This document shows, in pieces, positions 26,201-38,200 of a DNA stretch of 64,000 nt. Below the pieces are notes generated by a model that ran no database searches, was not told the DNA's origin, and was given only the letters and a program-made list of their open reading frames with translations. The position numbers and the translations under genes were made by a program. Numbering within the stretch: position 1 is the first letter of the stretch; each line of letters starts with the position of its first letter. This DNA is from Botryllus schlosseri (lineage: Eukaryota): contig CM119372.1 in the NCBI GenBank assembly GCA_051294905.1, positions 1,860,001 through 1,924,000 of the forward strand. Reading direction: 5' to 3'.

Positions 26201-29200
26201 TTAGGTAACCTAACAATTTTATCAAGCAGCCAGTACAATTTGAGAAAAAAAGTCATTTTTGAACACCTCTACTCTACACATGCTATTGTCGTACTGCACA
26301 ATCGCGTAGGTAGTTTTTCTCGGATCATGAAACCGTATCAAAACATCTAAACCTCTAATAAAACATCTCTGGCAAAACATCTGATCAGCTATCATTCTTG
26401 TTCTAATCTAATTCAGAAAAGCTGAAAATGTTCTAGTTTTCCAAGTCTGCACGAAACCACATTCTAACAAATAAGCATGGCAAACTATCTCAGCAATTTC
26501 ACCTCAGACTCACACCGATATTCGCACAAAACGACTCTTACGCCGTGACATCTCGCCACGACTGTCGTCACACCAGCTTAGCCCTCACACAGGAAATAAA
26601 ACTAATCCCACCGTCGTAGGCATGTTTGTTGTAAGTTGATTTCGCTATCCGCTTTCTCGTAACCGGCGGCATTGACAGTGACGGAAAGATAACGCTACTG
26701 ATCGCGATACATGTCGCGCGAAGTCAATCATCTCGAATTGTTGATGGTTAAACTGATTCGCTCTCTTTGATCTGTCCTCGGAAAATGACTGTCATAGCAA
26801 ACGATTTCGCTCATGCTATCTTCACAATTACGCTTCGGCGGGAATTCTTTGTCGACAGTTGAGATTCGAGACTGGGACAACTATGGATAATTCTTTACGC
26901 AGAATTAAAATAATCAGAGCAGAATGCCGGTACTCTAATTCTAGCTTGCTGCAGACATTTTCGATTCTCGTGCTTACGAGAATGTGCTGTGGTTTGATGT
27001 GAACTGAAATTGATGGAATGTCAAAGTTTTCGCGAATTCAGCAATTCAAATTCGAATCTAATCTGGGAAAAATGTGTAGCTACTACCTATAATTCTAATT
27101 GTAACCTAATTTGGGAAAATTAGCAATAATTTTAATTCCAATTAAATTTGGAAAAAAAACTGTAGCTACTAGCTATAATACTAACTCTAATCTAATTTGG
27201 TAAAACTGTGTAGCTAGCTACTAGCTATAATTCTACTTCTAATGTATTTTAGGAATAACTAGCTATAATTTCAATTTTTTTCTGTTTTAAGAAACAACTG
27301 TGTTGCTACTTGCTATAATTCTGATTCTAATTAAATTTGGAAAAGCTGAAAAATTTTCAGTCGCCCAACTCCGTGAAATCCCGCTTGATGAGTTTGATGA
27401 AGTGAGAAATACTGCTACTGGGTAGCGTGCGCTAATCGTTTCATTAATCGCCGGTAAATGATCGCCCGTCAGCGTTACGACTTGGTTATTTCCTCCGCCA
27501 CGTATCGACACATTTAATATGCAGTAGGAGAGTTTATGACTGCGTCTTGATTGCTCGTAAATCAACGCCTGTGACTACGTTTACTATCTGGAAGTTGACA
27601 TGAGATTCCATGTGTCAAGTCTCGTACGGAGGAGTTGGATTTTTCGAGCGTCATCCGGAAATGACGCAATAATATGAATGGAATCGAGTAGGTTATAGCT
27701 TGTAGTTTAAATGTTAAAGAAATTTTTACATGTAATCTCATTACATGCTGTAATTTTAATACTAGTCCAATTTCTGTATATTCTTTGGCAAATGCTACAG
27801 AAGAGCTGTTGCGACAAGAGCCAAGCTTGTTGTACTGTACAGATATTTAGGATTGAATAGTATAATCATATTGAAATGAACCCGAATATTTTCGGCTGAC
27901 ACTCGTCAGGGGTAATCGTCAGCAACTAGTAGAGAATCGGAAAGAACATTGTATATCAACAATCGTATCGCAAAATATGACGTCACCAGCATGAAAGAGA
28001 GAGAGCGTTCAATGTACTATTTTTAGGTGGTAGACGAACTGACGAGTGTCAGCCGAAAATATTCGGGTTCATTTCAGTATAAATATACTATTCAATTGTA
28101 TATTGAAGTTCTGTACCTCCAAGAAGCTCTTAGAATATTTAGGAATATCAAGTTGTATATTTTATTATATATTTTTGCGGCATATACACCGACTCATGAT
28201 ACAGATACACACGATCTGTACATATACATATCATGGGTGCATGATGTGCAACGAGACAAGGAAGGTGCAGAAATAGCCTTGCCAGACTGATGAGAATGAA
28301 ATCTTATTTGATATGAATTGACCTTAATTTTTGCTGCATTTCTTGCTAATGCGGAATTTAATGCAATTTCGAGGTGCTTGCGAATTGTCCATTTATGAGT
28401 GGTTGCGATAAAATTTACAATTTACTATTGTATAGTCGCAAGGGTGCGAGTGTAGTTTCTGATAGGATGGAACGATCTTTCAACTCAGCACTTACCCAGT
28501 AGCCAGTACTACGATTGAATATTACGCGTGAATTACGAACGCGGGGTTTAAATTACTCAGTATCTAGTTTCATGGTCTCAAATTCTGAACCTTTCCGATC
28601 AAAAATAGATCGTGAAACCGGTTTTTGCTTGCTAGAGGATACACCTGAATAATCGCATTGCACTTATCCGTGGCCAGTATGTAGCATGCATTATTCATAC
28701 TATCGTATGCGTTTTAATATGTCTGTCGAGATGCAACGAAATTGATATTGATAGCAAGTATGACAAGCGAAATTTGCATTTCACCGGCAATTGTTCTCTG
28801 GAACAGTACTACACAGTATATATATGGTTATCGTGGACTCGCGGAATCAACCAATAAACGACTAATAGCTGCGGAGAAAATCTGAGGCGAAGAACCTCAA
28901 TATACAATTGAATAACATATTCACATTGACATAAACCCGAATGTGTTCGGCTGACACTGGTCAGGGGTAATCGTCAGCAACTAGTAGAGAATTGGAAAGA
29001 ACTTGCATATCAACAATCGTATCACGAAATATGGCTATTAGATTTATGCTAAATGTAAAATCAAGTATCTGATATCTGCACCCAGCTTTACATTCATCGC
29101 ACTTGACTCGGACTCAACAACATGGCTATCAATCTCAAATTTTACTGAACGTACATTTCTCAACGCTACTATAAAACGCGCCACGTCAGCACGGCTTTAC

Positions 29201-32200
29201 GAAAGACATTAAAGGAGTAAAATGTAGTACTATTTCGTTTTGAGACACTGTATAATGTAATTATTTATCGATGAATGATGTGCTCTGAGTAAGCATCGGT
29301 AGTTGGCCTCAAGCATCGCATCGGCATCTGGTAAGCAGATTGGGTTACGTTACGCAGATGCCAGAAGTAGTGCACAATTTGACATGCGTCTACCGTACGC
29401 AGGTGTCATCCATGCCTCCACAAACGCGTGTTCTAGTAATGTGGTAATAAGTTGAGAAGGTCACGCGATGTACGTAGCGTATATCGCGATGCGCGAATGG
29501 TGTCAATTGCATGAAACACAGTACGATATCGCGGGATGCATTACGACTTTCGACTGATGTTTAGCCACAGATGCACTGATGTAAAACCCAGAATTCCAAA
29601 CCCCATCTGGAAATGGAAATGCCCCCCAAATCAACATATATAGCTGTTATATTAACAACAGTATGGATGCAAATTTTAATAAGATCATTATATTGATGTT
29701 TCGCATACTGTATTACGACCATTGGAGGTTTAGAGGCTTTCACAGAAAATATAGAATCGATGAACAACCTCAGCAGCAAACCATGATGCTTTTGAACAGA
29801 AAGGGTAGTGATTGATCAATGATAGCAAATCTTGTCGACATCCGGAGTGGGACAATCTGAAAGTTCTCAGCTTTTCCAAGATAGATTACAATTAGAATGT
29901 TAGTTACAGTTTTTCTTCAGATTATCATAGAATCTGAATTTGCAGATGAAATACAACAGAAACCAAGTTCAGGTCAAGCCAAGACAGAGCTCATTCTTGT
30001 AGCACGGGAATGACAAAAGTCTGTACAGCAAGCTTGGTGCTTTTCGCACAATACAGTTCTCTTTATCATTTTCAACAAAATCAGTAATTAGATTTGCGAA
30101 TTATTTAGTTGTCCAAGTCTACAGAACAGAACATACAGGCAAGTTGACCCAGTTATCTGAAAACGTCAGAGTATAATCTAGCAATTCCGTACATCTTAAC
30201 GGAAATAGGTGACTCGAAGCGTTAAATACAATCCCATTCTTCGGGATCTTAAACGGGAAACCGCTGAAAGAAATGGTATTGCCCGCATTGTTGACTCGTC
30301 AAGAGATAATCCATCATAAGACGGAATGAAAAGGAATACAGAAAACAACAGACCATCTCCCTCGTCTGTTAGGAGATTAGGTACCTCGGTATTAGGAGCG
30401 CGTAGGAACAAAAGATGGGGCAACTGGAACGAAAACCGCGGATACAGGTGCCCAAAATCCATACGACATAGGCTACATGTACCATCACCTGCGAATAATT
30501 CTAGTGACTGTTTGCGTGTTTGTTTGTTATCACAACGAATATCTTGAACTGGTAAAACAACACAAAGCAGGAAATCTAGGAAATGGTCAGTGATTGCGAA
30601 TTGGATTGGAATTAGAATTGTAGCTAGTTATTTATTTCCAAATTAGATTAGAAATACTGAAACAGTGAAAACTTGCAAGTTGAATTTAATACCCAATTAC
30701 ACTTTAAAAGAAACACAACAAAAAATCAGGTTCAATTCAGAGTCCATTCACGTGAGCAGACTTTATAACCCGAAAACTTACCCTAACCCTATCATTGACC
30801 CTGAAATGAGCTCTTACATTTACATACATCCTAAACGCAATTCTAACGTTAATATATCCTTAAATGTAATCCTAATCAGAAATTTAAACAATATGCTCGA
30901 TAGTCGCGTGCGGACTGCGGAAGTGCCGCATGCTAATATGTCCGCGGACCGTCCAAGTCTGCCACAGAGCAAGGCAGACCAAGCCATAAAACTTTCGTGC
31001 TGTCTCATCGGAATCAGGTTCACATAGATCCATTACACACTGCTTCAATTCATCTACACGGCTGTTGTTCCACATTGCCTACTAATATTCTGCCCCCCCC
31101 CCCTCCACGAGTCATGCAAACCAACGCAGTTGAATAATTACAATGACAGGCACGACCTCAGGAGTCAGGATGCAGACGGAAATCCTGCATCCTGCCCCAC
31201 CATTTTCTTCCGCACGTCTAATATAAGTTAAGATATTTCCTACAATGAAAGGCGTGTGAACTTGAACACGGTAGAGGTATAATTCGAGGAAACCAGGCAC
31301 CGTTTTTCGGGCATTAGGATTTAACACGTCCGCCACACGCGTTGTTATCTCCGCATTACCTTCGGTCCTGACGAATAAGCTAGACTTTGACGAAAAAGCG
31401 ACCTTACCGTATAAGGTATTAAGGCTAGTCTCCCGTCTGGGTTATAAACATCATGTTCGATGCATTATTGCAATTATCGCATTATACACTTACGAAGCCG
31501 CATGCTCGAGCGGGGTATAGCCTACTTCTCGCGAAGTAATTGCAGTACAAGGATACCATCAACACTTAGGGTGGATTGCACAGATGCCGATTAAAAAGTA
31601 ATCACCGATTGCCTTAATCGGCGATAATTTAATCAGCGAGCAAGGTCAGCTGGTGACTCTGTGGTACAGATACGGATTCGCCTGTGAGTTATCTTATCGC
31701 GGATTACTGACGCAAATCGACGCAAATGACGTACGTTAGCAATCAGCTGTTTTCGGTCGGTGGCGATATTAACTGTGTCGTCAGAAGGGAGAGATGCGCT
31801 CTTCACAGATATGTATGTTTAGTTGATGTCATGTGCGTATAGCAGCTAACTAAACTGTTGCTACTGCACAGTGTAAGGTTATGAACGCCAGAACGCGTCA
31901 GAACAAACGTTTTGAGGTTATGAAAAGAGGTATTGTAGGAATAGCACACCAAAATCATCGTCTTATACCGGTATTGCTATGCCAGAAACTCTACTACAAA
32001 TTTCGTATATTGCAGGACATTTATCTCATTCCTCAGGGATAAACTACGTCCTTTCCTTTCCTTTAGTTAGATAGATACTTTTCAGATAGAATTTTATTTT
32101 CCGTTTATTGGTGCATTAGTCATGATAGTCGCTTCACCAATGTGAAGATATACAAATTGAGTTCATACACACACTTTTGCATACGATTTTGACTCCATAC

Positions 32201-35200
32201 CAATGACATTTGGCTCTGCAGGAGTGTAGAAGTAAATTTCAGCCATTGCAAGGATCTAACCGTTGTGCATCGTCACATTGCACAAGTCATATGCATACAT
32301 GTGCTCAAGTGCTGTACAAACAGTAATGCATTTATGTTAAAATTTTGCAATGCAAAGTTATCTGCTGTATCCAGTTGAGTAATCTTGTTTGTTGACAGCC
32401 AAACCTCACTTCAGTTTATCAAGAATTTGGTCAACCATAAAATTCAATACAACCTGTTTTATAGAGAGCTACATTAATATAGTGCAATATCGACTTAAAA
32501 TAACAATGGATCCATACCTCAATGTTCTTGCTACCCTCCAGATGTTAGAGAGCCTAGCAGAAGAGAGACTGCCAAGAAGATTGGTCAAAGACAGAGCAAA
32601 TCCATTGGAATATACCCTGGAGGTTAGCGACACCGATAACGTGACGGCACGACTTCAGCGCAGACAGATTGTTCAAAATCACTTCTCTGGAATGTCTTGA
32701 GTATTTCATCTCGTGTTTGAACACCAATAACCACACATTCAATTCCTCGTCAATTATTTTTATTACGAGATCCAGTAGCCTATGCTGTAGTCAGAATTGG
32801 ACAACTAGAAAATCAGCTTTTCAAAATTAGACTATAATGATAATTATGGCTGCATATTTTTCCAAATTAGAATAGAATTATAGACACAGTAGTTATTTTT
32901 CAATTAAATTAGAATAGGGATTACTGAATATGTGAAAATTTGGAAATTGAATCTGCACAACTCGCTTAGTATTGTAGAGTTCTACTGTAGAATTTTCAGC
33001 AAAACCAGAAATTAAGTTAGAATTATATTGCTGGCATTTTGCACTTACTATTCTAATTATACAGCCAACTAACTAGTTGTCCAAGTCTGGTTTTTGTGCT
33101 ATTTTGATTCGTTGCTGTATTTTCTCAATTTTGCAGTTCTTTTTCCATTTCCAGTTTCTGGTACTTGACATGCATCTGTAATTCAAAATATTTCATTCTG
33201 ATATCATGCTGCTCCTTTGCCATTTCCAGGACGCTCATTTCTGAACACCACATTTTGATCACCAACATTATAGGTAAAATATGATTTTTTTTCATCAACA
33301 CACCTGGCTCTCTTTTTCGCGACAATTGGCGTTGAGCTTTTTGTGTTCTCTGTTTCATCTTGCATATCTGAATGTAGTCATGAATAAACTGTGGGTTGCA
33401 TCACCATCATTGTATGCTAACACTTACCGGTCTGGTGTTCCATCCTGAAGTCTGTCGAGGGAACTGAAGGAAGCGTCACATCGCCATCAACAACGAAAAG
33501 GGCAGCAATTTCATTTGCTGCAAGAAAACTATGGTTAACAACAGTTGTATTGATTCAATAGAGTTCAAATTCAACAGAGCAATGTTAATGTCAATCAAAA
33601 CAACCCGCAATGTTCTATTTGAAGTATTCGTGTGGCTATGTTAGTACCAACACGATTCATATGGATTTCAAATTAGTACCTCAACTTACCATCGCTGTTG
33701 TGACATGAACAACCAGCCTCTGTGTTCACATCCTCGTCGATGATGAAGGTGCAAACTGAATCTTCGGAATATGCATCTGAATAAACATTTTATTTAAAAA
33801 TTTTAGTCAGAAATACATTAGAAAAGTTACTTTCAAATTATTTTTTCACGGTTTATCTTAACCTCGCGAAACATAGGAAGGATGGATGACTAAAATCATG
33901 ACTTGACTCGAGTTGGAATGGGATGAATGGATTTGACTCGAGTCACTGCTTCAATATGACATACGGTATGATTTATAGTCAAATCTTCAAGTCAAGTTGC
34001 AAGCCTAACAATAATATGGCCAACGATACTGCTCAGGCACCTGCACATCACAGTAGCAAAGCCAGACTGTTGCAAGTTAAAATTGGATGCAAGTTCCTCT
34101 GTTGTTGGTTGTAACATATTAAAAAAGTTTATGTCCTAAATGCACTCACCATTGTTCGTGTGACTATCGAATACGCAATCGTAGTCATACCGATGTTTCA
34201 AACATTCAATTTGAGATGGAATAAGGTCTGAAAAGTTATAATAAATATACCAGTGCTATAAAAATCAATTGCAGATTGATCAAGGAGCGTTTCAGATTAG
34301 GAATTTGCTGAGCAGTGTTCCCCATGTGTCGTTTTGTATAGCTGATGACGTGCAGCAGTCTCTGGATATGGTTAGTTTGTTGGGAATTACAAAAAGACAA
34401 TAAATCCATGTTTCTCATGATCATCACAATTTGTCTATTCAGTTCAAAACGAGCGTTAAAACGCGAGTATGAAGCACGCAGAGTGTCACGATAAACACAG
34501 ATGGAAACAATACATCTCCTACTGCGAATTTTAAAGAATTGTCAGTAAAATTACCTATCAAAAACCTTTTCCAAGGAGTTCGTCAACTGGAGATGGGCCA
34601 GTTTTGGCCCGTTCGACGCGTCGTGATGCATATAACTTTTTTGCTTTTCGTTTCAAAGTTTTCAATACATTCTGGAGTTGGCCAGTTGTACGGCTGCACG
34701 CGCAGGACCAGTATTCATAGCTGCATATTTCTTACTTATTACATCTCAGTCAGGCCGCATCTTTTTGTTATGCCGTCAGTCTTTTTGTCTTCTTTGGTTT
34801 CAATGTATTCTTCTATCAATTCAATTATTCTAAACTTTTCCTGTCTGTTGCAATTTTCCGTCCTCGTATTTTATTTCCAAAGTATACTATCGAATTCTGC
34901 ACAGTGTACAGTACAGTCTGTAAAAAATGTCATACCGGTAATCATAGCATAAGGTACTATCGGCTGTGGTAGGCCCACGCCCATAATATGCGCCAACAGT
35001 TGTAGTAGTGTCTGAGTACAATGTTTTCAGCTAATACCGCAACTGCACGTCAGAGCATCCAGTTAACACCATCTCAATACCAAATACTAGTGTACCTGTA
35101 GCCAGCCCAGACCGCAGTCAACGCGAAGCACACAGCCGATTAACTTTCTAGACACCTCGCTCGGCGGATAATATTTGGCCGATTAAAATTCACCGATTAG

Positions 35201-38200
35201 TGGCAAATCGGCATCTGTGCCACGGAAGCCAGCCGATTACTGACGTTTAATCGGCGATTAGGGTTTAATCGACATCTGTGCAATCCGCCCTTAAAGCCTT
35301 TATCGATACATAGTACAATGCGTCGCACCAAAATCGCTAATTTGAAAGACTTCTGCAAACCTCAAATTTTCGATGAGATTAACGAACAAATATCTAGCAC
35401 AATGCACATCTAATTACTATAGAATACTGGTACGCAAAATGAACGTTGCATCAACGACACTGTTATTATAACAAAACCATTACAATATGCTTTCAACAAA
35501 AAGCAGACAGATTACATATTGCAACTAATATTTACTGCAAATCAGTCCGTCTTCTGCTGTGCCAATCTAGTATGTGACTTGACCTCTGGCGTACCCCTGA
35601 CACTAGCTAAGTGATCCCCTGCTAAGAACCGCATTCATGACACGCGGCCTCCTGCACTACTAAATGCGAATGTTAAACCTGAACAACTCACCGCAAGTGT
35701 GTTTGATACGAACGCTGTTGAAACACGAGATTTTGGGGACGGAATACATGCACCTGGACTTGAAGTGACATTTCCTGCTGACCTGGTCGAATATATCCGA
35801 TTTGTTGCAAGTCGTTTCTGAAAACAAATTTCGTTCATGGAGTAGCAATGTGCGAAGAACAAGGCTGAGCGTAAGTATTTGATACTCAATCCAAGTCAAG
35901 TAATAATTGCATGATTCGAGTTGAGTATAATGTAAGTCCATGTTTTTCGAGTAATTATGCTCTATCGCGACTGTAGACTAGGAGTATTGATCTATTTTTC
36001 ATTGCGGTCAAAGTTGACATCGTTCGTACTCAAGTAGAAGTAGAATAGACCTGTAGATCTACTCGAGCACAATTAGAAATGGATGTTTGCATGTAAGTAA
36101 AAAGTCAATATTGTAGACATCGTTTGGCCTAAAATCTAAAAACTGTTAAGTAAAAAGTAGAAGTTGTCTAACAAGTGCAAGTAGGCAGTAAGTAGAATTA
36201 TCGATTTCAAATTATGTATGAGAGTAGCTATTTTCGGCGTCGTTTTCCCCACAAAAACCGAAACTTTCAAATAGGCCTAGTAGTTTAAAACCTCAACCTC
36301 TTGAGTAAATCCTCAACCTCTTTGAGTAAATATCACCACTGAGTACTAGGAAAAAAGCACACTCTAAATTCGAGGCGTGCAATTAGACACCACATTTCAA
36401 CATGTTTTATGAGCTAGCTAATATTGCGTGCATCAATGCACAGTGTGGTATTTATCCAAACGTCTCGGATGTAGAGTTAGACACCATATTATGCATTGAC
36501 AAACACAATATTGGCGAACACATACAAAATATGTGTAGAATTACTTCGTTAAAAACCACCTTACAGGTGTCCAACTTCAGCCTTTCTAGTTTGTTTCATG
36601 TCCGAGCATGTAACCATGGCTGCAGAGCTGCAGAGCTGCTCACGTATATGCTCTGAAGTTTCAAACAAATGCGCCTTAAGCTAGACCCAATTTCTTTAAA
36701 TATCGGAGGGATATATCGGGGTTCTCGGTGAAGGTGCTGGTCGTCGGTTTTATCGGTATTGGCTCAGAAATCCGACATCGGTCGGACTCTAGTTTTGACT
36801 AGTTTTGACGAAAACATTACATAATCTCACCTGATGAATTTCGCTTTGGTCTGCACCGTTTATCAGTAGTAGGCTCCACTTGATACACTGCTATAACAGT
36901 GTCCCGCCTGCAGCGTAGTCGCGTTATCTTATCCGAACACGACTTCTTTTCTTCGAATATTTCTGAAAAAGTATGGTGACTCCGTTTTCATGCACGACAG
37001 CAAGCGTACGGAGGTAATATACTCGAAGGCACGGACACTATAGCACTAGAACTACATGCAAGTCTTGTTCAGAGAAACGTTACAATTAGAAGCTGGTAAT
37101 GTCAGTGGTTCTTAACCTTTAATATCCTGTGGAGCCCTTACTCTAATCTTCCAGCATTTGGGAGTCATAAAAGCAAAAATCTACACCGCATTACTAATCC
37201 AACCACACGTTAATACAATGCAGTCAATTACCGCTGCACAAAATTGACTGTGACTCAGAAGGTCAAAGAATATAACCAATATAATGTGGTTTTAACACAC
37301 AATAAATACATTGTATTAAACATTTAGTGCGAATCAGTGTGACTTCAGGAATGTGACTTGAGAAATGTTTAGTGTTGTAATAATTCGAGTCATTTGTCTA
37401 TTGACTGTGCTCAAGTCAGCGCACATAACTTGACCAAGTCATAAGACTCGACACCTTTTGACATTTTTGAAAGTGTCCTCGGAGGACGCCAAATGTCCTC
37501 TTTTTGAGATTTTGTCCTCTTTTTTGGTAATTCTGGTTAGATGTAGGGCAAAATTCCACTGAAATACAGTAAATCAGCACCGAAGTAACGCTCCGGCGGC
37601 TACTTCGGGAGCTGAGCCGGAAAGTTGACTTTTTTTTATATTTCAGTAAACCGACCACGAAGTGGGAAGAATTAACCATTTTTTCAGAATTTTCCTCCGG
37701 TGTTGCATGTCAGAAAATTTTGAAAAACTGTCCTATTTTCAGATTTTCAAAATATGGTAACCCTAGTATATCAGAATCGATAATTGACAAATAGGCCCTG
37801 GAAGCGTCTTTTATCTGTTTTAATGCTGATAAATGAAGAGTAAACACTCGGACTAGGACTCGGGTCTTAACACTATGACTCGGACTCGACCCGTCGCTCC
37901 TTGAGATGGACTTGGACTATACTCCGTGGTGAATTGAAAATGACTGGCTTGAGTCAAATTTATAGAAGTCACATTGACTTGCGACTCGGGACCTTGTGAC
38001 TTGGTTACAACCCTGGAAATGCGAGACTTCACCATGAAAAATTACATCGTATTGTCCGGTCGAAACGCAAGAGCGTAATACCAAATGCTAAATTACAACC
38101 CCCATCTCCCCTTCGTGTTGTCACCGTACAATGTACATGACATATCACGAAAACAATCACAATTGTACAACTGATCATGCCTAATGTCCTGAAGCCAATG

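Larger units (their letters stand above)
31569..35290. mobile_element. Non-autonomous PIF/Harbinger DNA transposon (3722 bp)
   Basis: TIRs GGGYGGATTGCACAGATGYCGATTAAA at both ends, 3-bp TSD TTA (31566-68 / 35291-93), subterminal CCGATTA/TAATCGG repeats, convergent transposase and Myb/SANT remnants. Confidence 0.92.

Noticed and set aside
28286-28305. CTGATGA-GAAT-GAAA as a hammerhead; similar hit at ~62910
   Set aside because: No helix II closure or helix I complementarity; chance matches
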